A stretch of 64,000 nt of DNA. Source: Alkalispirochaeta sp. Its GTDB lineage: Bacteria > Spirochaetota > Spirochaetia > DSM-27196 > Alkalispirochaetaceae. A program made the position numbers and the translations under genes. Under the pieces are notes generated by a model. That model worked only from the letters and a program-made list of their open reading frames with translations, had not been told where the DNA came from and made no database searches. This document shows positions 29,253 to 38,337 of the stretch, piece after piece; position 1 is the stretch's first letter, and every line of letters begins with the position of its first letter. Where the stretch lies: assembly GCA_965601925.1 (NCBI GenBank), contig OZ271854.1, positions 3,040,001-3,104,000 of the forward strand. Reading direction: 5' to 3'.

Positions 29253-31598
29253 ATGGCTGTGTGTCGGACGCTCATGCAAAAGACCATCGAGACCGTGCCG
29301 GGAGTCCATTGTATCCAATTTGACCCGCTCACGAGAAATCTCTTGTGGCGCTACAATAAGGAAGAACTGCCCGACGGTGTGCTTCCGAGCGACCGGTTGA
29401 AGCGTCAAATCGCCGACAATTTGCGCCAGTGTCGTGGCAAGGGCGATATCGATCCTCACACCTGCGATTCCTGTCGTCTCCAAGCGATGGGGCAGGACCG
29501 TTGCTCCCACATACGGCATCTCGCGGAAGAGGGCGTCATCGCGGTCTTCCGGGATGAACGGTGTCCCGGAGACGAGCGGTGTACGGGTCTCTCCACCGCG
29601 TTGGAGCGGGTGGAAGTCGAGGCTCCCGGCGTTCTCGATGGCGTTGCCTCGGTGCGGGAAGTAGCGGCGCGACGCATCGCCACACTGCCCTGGGAGCCGA
29701 TCGCCGTATGCATCACGTTGATTGCTTTGGTAACCGGGCGCGTTCTGGAGTCGTTTTACGTCGGGAGTGCAGCGCGGACGGTCGCCTACGGAATCGCGTA
29801 TCTGACCGGCGGCTTCTTCGGTCTTCGCGCCGGCATCGAATCGCTTAAAGAGCGTAGGATCGATATCGATCTCCTGATGATTCTCGCGGCGATGGGTGCG
29901 GCGGCGATCGGAGCGCCCTTTGAGGGGGCGCTACTCTTGTTCCTCTTTTCCCTCTCCAATGTCCTGCAAGACTTTGCCATGGACCGTACGCGCAACGCGA
30001 TTCGTTCTCTCATGACCTTACGTCCCGCCCGAGCGGAGGTGGAACGCGAGGGAGAACGCGTCGTCGTGCCGGTCGATTCGGTCACTGTAGGAGAGACGTT
30101 TTTTGTGAAGCCGGGCGATCGAATACCGTTGGACGGCGTGATCGCGACCGGAGAGGCGGGCATGGACGAGTCGCTTCTGACCGGCGAGTCTCGCCCGGTC
30201 AGAAAAGGACCCGAGGACCTCGTGCTCGCGGGATCGATCAATACCAACGGTAGCCTTACCGTGCGAGTTACCAAAGAGTCGGCCGACTCTACCATCGCGA
30301 AGATCATCCGCCTCGTGGAGGATGCGCAGAGTCGGAAAGCGAAAACGGAGCGCTTCTTGGACACCTTCGAGCAGTACTACGCCCTCGTCGTCATCGTCAT
30401 GACCGCCGCCTTTGCCGCCGTACCGACGCTGTTCTGGGGCGAGGCGTTCGATACGGCCTTCTACCGCGCCATCACCGTTATGGTCGCCGCGAGTCCGTGT
30501 GCCCTCATCATCAGCACTCCCGCCTCGATTCTCTCGGCGATCGGAGCCGGAGCCAGGCGGGGCGTACTTTTCAAAGGCGGCGTCTACGTGGAGCGGGCGG
30601 GAGCGGTCCGTGTCGTCGCGTTTGACAAGACCGGCACCCTCACCCACGGCAAACCGGTAGTGACCGACGTCGTGAGCCTGGATGCCGATCTGGACGGCGA
30701 GCGGCTCATCGCGTTGGCCGCCGCGGTGGAGCAGCACTCGGAGCACGCCCTGGCCAAGGCGACGGTGGACGCACTGCACGTCGATTCCGCGGGGGAGACG
30801 GCGGTGCTGGACGAGAGCGTCGCCTTTCGGGCGGTGGCCGGTCGCGGTGTGGAGGCTACGGTGGCCGGGCGACGCATCCGAATCGGTGCTCCGTCCTACT
30901 TCGACGACCTCGGAATCGATAACCGGGGCGAGGCGGACGGACCGATCGACCGCCTACGGGGCGAATGTAAGACGGTCGTTGCGGTGACGCAGATGGACGG
31001 AGAGGCGACCGGACGCTATCTCGGCGTCATCGGTTTCTCCGATTCCATTCGTCACGACGCCCGCGAGGTTGTCGCCTCTTTGAGGGGCCTGGGTATATCC
31101 AAGGTAGTCATGCTTACCGGCGACAACGACGAGACGGCGCGTGCCGTCGCACGCGAGGCGGGAGTGGACGAGGTCTACTCCGAGCTCACTCCGGATGCCA
31201 AACTGGCGGCGATCGAGGAGCTCGAGGAGCGCTTCGGCCCGACCGCGATGGTCGGCGATGGAGTGAACGACGCACCCTCCCTCGCCCGCGCCTCCGTCGG
31301 CGTCGCCATGGGAGCCGGCGGGACCGATGTGGCGCTCGAGACGGCCGACGTCGTGCTTATGGCCGACGAACTGCGGAAGATACCGTATCTCGTGGAGTTG
31401 AGCCGCAAAACGCGACGGACGCTGATGTTTAACCTTGCCCTGGCGATTAGCCTCATCGTTGTGATGATCGTCGGCGTCGTGCTCATCGAGTTGCCGCTTC
31501 CACTGGCGGTGGTCGGCCACGAAGGGGGAACGGTGCTGGTATCCCTCAACGGCTTGAGGTTGCTCTTCTTCCGCGGTTCTCGATCATCGATTCGATAA
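29253..31598 (+). CDS. Heavy-metal P1B-type ATPase (P1B-4-like)
   Basis: TGES, SPC, DKTGTLT, HALA, GDGVNDAP, HEGGT; Cys/His-rich N-terminus. Confidence 0.92.
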   Translation: MAVCRTLMQKTIETVPGVHCIQFDPLTRNLLWRYNKEELPDGVLPSDRLKRQIADNLRQCRGKGDIDPHTCDSCRLQAMGQDRCSHIRHLAEEGVIAVFRDERCPGDERCTGLSTALERVEVEAPGVLDGVASVREVAARRIATLPWEPIAVCITLIALVTGRVLESFYVGSAARTVAYGIAYLTGGFFGLRAGIESLKERRIDIDLLMILAAMGAAAIGAPFEGALLLFLFSLSNVLQDFAMDRTRNAIRSLMTLRPARAEVEREGERVVVPVDSVTVGETFFVKPGDRIPLDGVIATGEAGMDESLLTGESRPVRKGPEDLVLAGSINTNGSLTVRVTKESADSTIAKIIRLVEDAQSRKAKTERFLDTFEQYYALVVIVMTAAFAAVPTLFWGEAFDTAFYRAITVMVAASPCALIISTPASILSAIGAGARRGVLFKGGVYVERAGAVRVVAFDKTGTLTHGKPVVTDVVSLDADLDGERLIALAAAVEQHSEHALAKATVDALHVDSAGETAVLDESVAFRAVAGRGVEATVAGRRIRIGAPSYFDDLGIDNRGEADGPIDRLRGECKTVVAVTQMDGEATGRYLGVIGFSDSIRHDAREVVASLRGLGISKVVMLTGDNDETARAVAREAGVDEVYSELTPDAKLAAIEELEERFGPTAMVGDGVNDAPSLARASVGVAMGAGGTDVALETADVVLMADELRKIPYLVELSRKTRRTLMFNLALAISLIVVMIVGVVLIELPLPLAVVGHEGGTVLVSLNGLRLLFFRGSRSSIR

Positions 31599-31741
31599 CG
31601 CGGCGATACGCGGCGGTCGTACCTTTTTGCGGCACGGAAGAGCTATCTGTGTCGCGTTCTATCGTCCGGTACCTTATGGATTAAAGATTCCTCTTCTGTC
31701 ATGATTGTCGAACATAATCGATTCGATTACTCGGAGGTCTC

Positions 31742-33718
31742 ATGGGCGATACAACGAGGATAGTTGTTCTCGGCGGTGGCTACAGCGGCGTGCACGTCGC
31801 AAAGAAGTTGTATAAACGGTACAAACGAAGGGACGACATTGAGATAACGCTCATCGACAAGAATCCCTACCACACGTTGATGACGGAGCTGCACGAAATT
31901 GCCGGTTCGCGTACCGAACCCGAGGCCGTACAGGTCAGTTTTCACAAGATATTCGGCGGCAAGCGCGTAAACGTCATTGTCGACGAGATCACGGGAGTTG
32001 ATTTCGAGAAACGGTCTCTCTCCTCCGACACTTCGAGCTATTCGTACGACTATCTGGTCATCGGCGCCGGCGGCGCACCCGAGTTCTTCGATATCCCCGG
32101 CGTTCAAGAGCACGGTTTTACCCTGTGGTCGTTGGAAGACGCGATTCGAATCAGGACGCACGTAGAGGACCGTTTTCGAGAGGCGGCGAAGGAGCCCAAC
32201 CCGGAACGACGGCGTCGGATGCTTACCTTCACCATCGCCGGAGCCGGATTTACCGGAGTCGAGCTCGCCGGTGAGCTTTTGGAACGCAGAGACGTGCTCT
32301 GTCCCAAGTACCACATCGATCCTCGAGAGGTGCGGGTCCTGATTATCGAGGCGAAGGATTCGATCCTCCCGATCTTCTCCGACAAACCGAAGCACAAGGC
32401 GGAGCGCCATTTGCGTAAGCTCGGAGCCGAGATCATGCTGAACGCGACGATCACCGGCGCGGACGAGGGGCGCGTCCTCGTCGGAGACACTGCAATCGAT
32501 ACCGACACGTTCATATGGACCGCCGGCATCCACGGCGGTGAGCTATCCTCGCGGATCGAACTGACAAAGGGTCATACGGCGCGCGGAGAGTGCTCAGTGG
32601 CGACGATCGAGGGTATCCACGGCATGGCCGGTTGTTCCTTCGATGAAGACGAGCGATACGTCGTGGGCCAGCGCGGGCGCGTGTTGGTCAACGACTACAT
32701 GCAGTCGGTCGACCAGGAACGGGTCTATCTCGTCGGCGATATCATCTGGTACGTCGAGGAGGAGCACGTGCTGCCCCAGGTTGTCGAGACGGCGCTCCAG
32801 ACGGCGGAGACTGCGGCGAAGAACATTGTCGCCGACATCGAAGAAAAGGAAAAAGAGGCGTTCTCATCTACCTATCACGGGTTTATGGTCTCGGTAGGAA
32901 GCCGCTACGGTGTCGCCCACGTGGTCGGTATTTCGCTCTCCGGTTTCCTGGCTCTCGGAGTGAAGCACCTGGTCAATTTGCACTACCTGTTCGGCCTTGC
33001 GGGAGTCAACGCGGTGTGGGAGTACATCCGTGAGGAATTCCTCGACGTTAAGGATCGGCGTTCCATGTTTCGGGGCCATTTTTCCTACCGAATCCGCGGC
33101 TACTGGGCGCTACCGCTACGCATCTTTCTGGGCGCGAAGTGGCTGTACGAAGGCGTCAGACATATTGCCGAAGGCTGGCTCAATCCCGGTTCGGACGGGA
33201 TTTTCAACGTTTCCGCCGATGCGATCCGTCTGCCGGGAGTGACGATCGGTGACGCGGTGAGCGGTGCAAGTCCCGCGTGGGAAGAGGGCGGTGAGGCCGC
33301 CACGACCGCGGCAACGACGGTCGCCGAGGCCGCCTCGGAGTGGGGTGAGCCCCTCATCGAGGCGCTCGGTATCTACACCTGGTTCGCCGAAACGGTTCTG
33401 AGCGCCTTCCCGACATTGACATTTCTACTCCAAGCCGGGGTCGTCATCGCGCAAGTACTGGTGGGGCTCGCCCTCATCGGCGGGTTGTTTACCTTTCCCG
33501 CGGCGGTCGTCTCGATCGGGTTCGGACTGCTGTTCATCGCCTCGGGATGGGGTAACCCCGAACTCTTGTGGTACATCGCCGCCTCGATCGTCATGCTCGG
33601 CGGCGCCGGACGTGGATTCGGCCTCGACCATTGGGTCATGCCGTGGCTCCGAAGGTGGTGGAATCGTCGAAGCATCGCGAAACGGACGTATCTCTACACC
33701 GGAGAGCCCCGGGACTGA
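31742..33718 (+). CDS. Type II NADH:quinone oxidoreductase fused to a DoxX-like membrane domain (Ndh2-like)
   Basis: RIVVLGGGYSG, GAGFTGVELAGE, WTAG, VYLVGD; C-terminal LRIFLG..WL..G, GLALIGGLFT, GAGRGFGLD. Confidence 0.88.
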   Translation: MGDTTRIVVLGGGYSGVHVAKKLYKRYKRRDDIEITLIDKNPYHTLMTELHEIAGSRTEPEAVQVSFHKIFGGKRVNVIVDEITGVDFEKRSLSSDTSSYSYDYLVIGAGGAPEFFDIPGVQEHGFTLWSLEDAIRIRTHVEDRFREAAKEPNPERRRRMLTFTIAGAGFTGVELAGELLERRDVLCPKYHIDPREVRVLIIEAKDSILPIFSDKPKHKAERHLRKLGAEIMLNATITGADEGRVLVGDTAIDTDTFIWTAGIHGGELSSRIELTKGHTARGECSVATIEGIHGMAGCSFDEDERYVVGQRGRVLVNDYMQSVDQERVYLVGDIIWYVEEEHVLPQVVETALQTAETAAKNIVADIEEKEKEAFSSTYHGFMVSVGSRYGVAHVVGISLSGFLALGVKHLVNLHYLFGLAGVNAVWEYIREEFLDVKDRRSMFRGHFSYRIRGYWALPLRIFLGAKWLYEGVRHIAEGWLNPGSDGIFNVSADAIRLPGVTIGDAVSGASPAWEEGGEAATTAATTVAEAASEWGEPLIEALGIYTWFAETVLSAFPTLTFLLQAGVVIAQVLVGLALIGGLFTFPAAVVSIGFGLLFIASGWGNPELLWYIAASIVMLGGAGRGFGLDHWVMPWLRRWWNRRSIAKRTYLYTGEPRD

Positions 33719-34731
33719 TGATTTGGGCGCAGTTCCCCGAAATTCGTCGTGAGCTCGACCGGGTGCGGGCGGTCATTCTCGAAGAGGTCGCTCGTCCCGG
33801 CGGAAGAATCGCGCAGGGCCTGACCGATTTGGCGGGCCGCGACGCGAAACTCCTCCGACCGGCGTTCACCATTCTCGCGGCCCGCATCCAGGCGGGAGGA
33901 GCCGCGGTCGATGAGCGTGTGATCCGTTTGGCCGCGGCGATCGAGCTGTTGCATATGGCGTCGTTAGTCCATGACGATATCGTAGACGATGCGGTATCAC
34001 GACGGGGCGGCGCCGCGCTTCACGTGAGCTACGGGAGTCGCGCCGCGGTCCTGATGGGCGACTACCTCTTTTCGCGCTGTTTCGCCCTCGTCGCCGACCA
34101 CGCCGAGCCGGAAAACGCGTCGTTTTTGAGTGCCGCGGTCGGTCACATCATAGGCTCGGAGATCGCGGAAACCGACGGGGGATGGGACACCGAACTCTCG
34201 GTCAGACGCTACCTTCACCGAGTCATCGGGAAGACGGCGGTGCTCTTTGCGCTCAGCTTCCACGTCGGCGCCGCCGAGGCGCTGCCCGACGGCGGCGACG
34301 AGCGGATCGTGCAGATTCTCCGTCGCGTCGGATACAATGTCGGAGTCGGATTTCAGATTATCGACGACCTTCTCGACCTGTTCGGCTCGCCGCAGAAGAC
34401 CGGCAAGCCGCGGCGGACCGATCTGCGTCAGGGTGTGATAACGCTTCCGGTCATTATCGCCGCCAACTCGATGCAACGCTCGCGATTAATTCGCATCTTG
34501 TCTCGAATGGGCTCGACCTCGCGACGCGGTGCTCTTGCGCGCAGGTGGCGGGATCGCGCAATCGATCGCGTTTGCCTGGAAATCGAGCGAGCCGGCGGCA
34601 CCGACGGGGCGATTGCCGCCGCCGAGATATATACGCGTCGCGCCGAGCGAGAGATCGATCGACTCCCGGACACACCGGATCGGCGCATCCTGCAACGTAT
34701 TACGACCCACCTTCTGGAACGCGCGTCGTAG
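33718..34731 (+). CDS. Polyprenyl diphosphate synthase (HepT/DmkB-like)
   Basis: KLLRP, HDDIVD..RRG, GDYL, KTA, FQIIDDLLD; TGATG coupling to ndh2. Confidence 0.92.
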   Translation: MIWAQFPEIRRELDRVRAVILEEVARPGGRIAQGLTDLAGRDAKLLRPAFTILAARIQAGGAAVDERVIRLAAAIELLHMASLVHDDIVDDAVSRRGGAALHVSYGSRAAVLMGDYLFSRCFALVADHAEPENASFLSAAVGHIIGSEIAETDGGWDTELSVRRYLHRVIGKTAVLFALSFHVGAAEALPDGGDERIVQILRRVGYNVGVGFQIIDDLLDLFGSPQKTGKPRRTDLRQGVITLPVIIAANSMQRSRLIRILSRMGSTSRRGALARRWRDRAIDRVCLEIERAGGTDGAIAAAEIYTRRAEREIDRLPDTPDRRILQRITTHLLERAS

Positions 34732-34921
34732 CGCGTCTCCGATAGACATGTGACACCTGCCCGACGGATCGACGGCCGCGTCCCCCGCTCAGTCGGCGGA
34801 GCCGAGAGTCGTTCGGTGCCGCGGCTGCCGATCCGCTGCGTGATGTGTGCCCTCGGGTGCAGCTTTGGGTGGTTGTTTGGGAGCGGAGACGGAGTGCGTC
34901 GTGGCCCAGCCCGCTACTCTC

Positions 34922-35833
34922 CTACAACGGAGTCAGTCCAAGGGCTTCGACGGTGAGGGGCACGGCGACTCCCAACGCATAGTATAGAAAGATGCGCGAA
35001 ATCGACCCCATCGAGGGACCTTTGGTGGTGTGGAAGTACCCCCTGATGTGCATTCGAAAGTAGACCGGAACGCTGACCAAAGCCGCAAGGAGCACACCGG
35101 CGAGCACGATATGAGGAAAGACGCCGTACCATGACAATGCGCCGGCCGAGACAAAGGCGGCGGCACCCAAGAGATAGACGAGCGCAGCGCCCCCTCTTCT
35201 GCCGACCAGAATCGAGAGGGTTCGTCGGCCGGCACGACGGTCGCCGTCGATGTCGCACGTATTGTTGACCGTCAATATCGAAGCGACGATCAGTGTCGAA
35301 GGAATGCCCGCCAGCAGATCGGGTGCGCCGAGCGTCCCGCGTTGGATGTAAATCGATAAGGTGACGAGCACCCAGCCGAGAAAGGAGCCGGCGAACAACT
35401 CTCCGAAAGGCGTGCGCGAAATGGGGAGCGGGCCCGCGTTGTACAGGAATCCTACTACCATACACATCGCCCCTACGACTATGACCGCCGGCGAGGTGAG
35501 CACGGCGAGCCATATTCCGAACACCGCGGCAACACCGTACAGCACCAGCGAGGTAATCAACGCCAACCCGGCCGGCACGTTCTGATGGACCAACACTTTA
35601 TCCTCTTCGTGATTAATGGAACTACGATCGACCCCGTGAAAGAAGTCGAAGAACGAGTTGAAACCGGTGGTCGCCATATCCACCGCGACCACGGCGCACA
35701 GCATCACGATCCCGCTGAGCATGTCGACGCTCCGATCGACGACGGCGCCGTACGCCGTTCCGATCACCACGCCGGAGACGCTGATGAGCTTTGTGCGTAT
35801 CTCTACGATTCTTAAGAACTGGTGTAGCGTCAT
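34922..35833 (-). CDS. menA: UbiA-family DHNA prenyltransferase (MenA/DmkA-like)
   Basis: NSFFDF..GVD, YNAGPLPISRTPFGE, NNTCDIDGD..AGRRTL; multiple TM segments. Confidence 0.85.
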   Translation of the reverse strand: MTLHQFLRIVEIRTKLISVSGVVIGTAYGAVVDRSVDMLSGIVMLCAVVAVDMATTGFNSFFDFFHGVDRSSINHEEDKVLVHQNVPAGLALITSLVLYGVAAVFGIWLAVLTSPAVIVVGAMCMVVGFLYNAGPLPISRTPFGELFAGSFLGWVLVTLSIYIQRGTLGAPDLLAGIPSTLIVASILTVNNTCDIDGDRRAGRRTLSILVGRRGGAALVYLLGAAAFVSAGALSWYGVFPHIVLAGVLLAALVSVPVYFRMHIRGYFHTTKGPSMGSISRIFLYYALGVAVPLTVEALGLTPL

Positions 35834-35913
35834 TGCGTTATAGATCGGTCGAGGCTTTCCGTCGATGCGAAGTCACCCATGTGATGGGCCCGTGACGCAT
35901 ACGATACATCGTG

Positions 35914-36594
35914 TCACGCGAGGTATAGCGAAAAGCCCATGAAGAACGAGACGCTCCCGCCGATGACGAACAGGTGCCAAATCGTATGGCTGAATGGAAG
36001 GCGGCGCCATGCGTAGAATACCACGCCGACGGTGTAGAACGCGCCGCCGATCAACATCCAACGAATGAGGCCGTCGGGGGCCGTCGCCACCATGGGACGG
36101 GCGGCGATCAGTACGATCCAACCCATGGGAATGTAGAGGAGGTCGGTAATGATGTGGGGTGTACGAAACACAAGCGTCTTGAGGAGAATGCCGAGTACCG
36201 CGAGGCCCCAGATAACGCCGAAGATGCTCCAGCCCCACGGGCCGCGCATGACCGTGAGGGTCACCGGTGTGTAGGTCCCGGCGATGAGGAGGTAAATGAA
36301 GGACTGATCGACGATCCTGAGGTAGTACCTAATGCGCGGAAGCGAAGCGAAACTGTGCATGAGCGATGAGGAGAGATAGAGTAAAATCTGGCTCGCCCCG
36401 TAGACCGAGAAACTCACATACTTCCACGGATCGGGATTCTGGTTGGTTAACATGATAAGCGCCGTGAGGCCCGATATTGCCAGCCCCGCGCCGATTGCGT
36501 GGGTGAGGCTGTTGAAGATCTCTTCGATGACGCCGCCGCTTTCATAGGCTATTTCCGACGGTCGTAGTTCCTGTTGCTCGAACGCTTCACTCAT
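35914..36594 (-). CDS. Hemolysin III / PAQR family membrane protein
   Basis: EEIFNSLTH, SSLMH, DQSFIYLLIAGTYTP, HTIWHLFV. Confidence 0.92.
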   Translation of the reverse strand: MSEAFEQQELRPSEIAYESGGVIEEIFNSLTHAIGAGLAISGLTALIMLTNQNPDPWKYVSFSVYGASQILLYLSSSLMHSFASLPRIRYYLRIVDQSFIYLLIAGTYTPVTLTVMRGPWGWSIFGVIWGLAVLGILLKTLVFRTPHIITDLLYIPMGWIVLIAARPMVATAPDGLIRWMLIGGAFYTVGVVFYAWRRLPFSHTIWHLFVIGGSVSFFMGFSLYLA

Positions 36595-36691
36595 ACAATG
36601 AATTACAAGATACTCGGTTCGCGATGTCAAGGAGCGCTTGGATGACTTTGGCGCCATATGGTACAATCCCGCGGCAATAGGCAAAAAGGGA

Positions 36692-37294
36692 GTGGCAAAA
36701 GAAAAACGCCGCAGCGTCGGCAGAGACAAAATTCTCGAAGCGGCGGAGTCGCTGTTTCGCGAACACGGCTTCTCGAGCGTCTCGCTCGCCGACGTTGCGC
36801 GGGCCGTCAACATCAGAAAACCGTCCATCTACTACCACTTTCCCAACGGAAAAGAAGAGCTTTTCGTGGAGGTGCAACGGGGCATGTTTCTACGAATCGG
36901 CGACGAGCTCAAACGTGCCGTTGCCGGGGCCGACGCCGATCTGGCCTCTCAACTCTCCGCCGCGTCGCGGTGGTTCTTGAGCCGACCCCCGCTGTTTCTC
37001 CTCTCGATGGTACACAACGACATGCCCGATCTGAGCGATGCGCATCGCAAGGAGCTGTCGAGGATCAGCTACGAGGCGATCATGCTTCCCCTCGTTGAGG
37101 CCGCCGTCGGGGCCACCGAGCGCGGTGAGTTGCGCGATGTGGATCCACACCGTATCGCCGGTAGCTTTCTCTCTCTTCTGGAGGGGAATACGATCACTGC
37201 GCGCGCCGGTTTCGCCGGCGATCTGGAGGCGCTCATGCGGGGATCGATCGATCTCATTCTGAACGGAGTGTTGCGCTCGCGACGCGAGGTATGA
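36692..37294 (+). CDS. TetR/AcrR family regulator
   Basis: ILEAAESLFREHGF..VSLADVA..IYYHFP..KEEL; divergent from the hemolysin III gene. Confidence 0.9.
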   Translation: MAKEKRRSVGRDKILEAAESLFREHGFSSVSLADVARAVNIRKPSIYYHFPNGKEELFVEVQRGMFLRIGDELKRAVAGADADLASQLSAASRWFLSRPPLFLLSMVHNDMPDLSDAHRKELSRISYEAIMLPLVEAAVGATERGELRDVDPHRIAGSFLSLLEGNTITARAGFAGDLEALMRGSIDLILNGVLRSRREV

Positions 37295-37348
37295 CTCGTC
37301 GGCGCAGTACTCTGCGCGGTTCGTGACCGCCTCGGCTCCACGCGCGCT

Positions 37349-38269
37349 TCACGCCGATGCGCGTGCCACAATTCCCATCATGCGGTGAACCAGTTCGGCG
37401 GCCGCGTACGACCATGCGTGCTGTCCCGCTATCGGTGCCAATTCCACGACGTCCATTCCCACGACTCGTCGCGCCCCCGCGATCGAGGTGAGAATGCCGA
37501 GGATCTGATACCATCCCAACCCTCCCGGTACCGGCGTCCCCGTCGCCGGAATGATCGACGGGTCCAGTCCGTCCACGTCGACCGAAATGTAGATACGGCG
37601 TGGAAAATCGTGCGGAATCTCGATCGAGGTCGTACCGCCGGGGACGATCGAGGCCGCGTCGTAGACGACGAGCGGGACACCGTTGGGCGGTGCGGCACGA
37701 TAGATCACCTCCTCCGGCGAAAGGGCGCGGACACCGATTTGTATCAGAGGAATGCCCATATCGCCGTGGATACGGCGGGCGACGCACGCGTGGCTCTCCC
37801 GGCTCCCTTCGTACTCGTCCCGCAAGTCGGCGTGGGCATCGATCTGAACGACGCCGATCGGCGCGCCGGTGTGTTCGGCTCCGTGTTCGCCGGCGTTGAG
37901 CGCCTCCAGGATGCCGGCGACTGCGCTCGCCGTGATTGAGTGTTCGCCGCCCAAGACGACCGGCACGCCCGATCCGCCGGCACCCTCCAAGACGGCGCGG
38001 CGCACCGCATTGGTGATACGTGGAAGTACCTCCCGGGCCGGCCCGCGGCAGTCGAGCGGCGGCCAGGTATGGATGCCCTCTTCGCCGGGACAACTCAATC
38101 CGTCGAACACCTCGAGTTGATTGCTCGCCTGAATGATCGCCGCCGGCCCCCCGGCGGTACCTCCGCCGTAGGAGACGCTCGCCTCGAAGGGAGCGGAGAT
38201 CACGTGGAAGCGCGCGTCGTCCGCCGGACGAGGTGCAAACTCACTTTCGAGAAAGAGGGGGTGGCTCAC
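37349..38269 (-). CDS. speB: Agmatinase
   Basis: GGEHS, DAHADLR, SHAC, DVDGLDPS..PATGTP; GTG after AAGGAG. Confidence 0.9.
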   Translation of the reverse strand: MSHPLFLESEFAPRPADDARFHVISAPFEASVSYGGGTAGGPAAIIQASNQLEVFDGLSCPGEEGIHTWPPLDCRGPAREVLPRITNAVRRAVLEGAGGSGVPVVLGGEHSITASAVAGILEALNAGEHGAEHTGAPIGVVQIDAHADLRDEYEGSRESHACVARRIHGDMGIPLIQIGVRALSPEEVIYRAAPPNGVPLVVYDAASIVPGGTTSIEIPHDFPRRIYISVDVDGLDPSIIPATGTPVPGGLGWYQILGILTSIAGARRVVGMDVVELAPIAGQHAWSYAAAELVHRMMGIVARASA

Positions 38270-38337
38270 AACGGCTCCTTTCGGTGTCACATATACGTAC
38301 TGCGAGGTTTCGTGTCGTCTCCGCACAGCTCGGCGAA

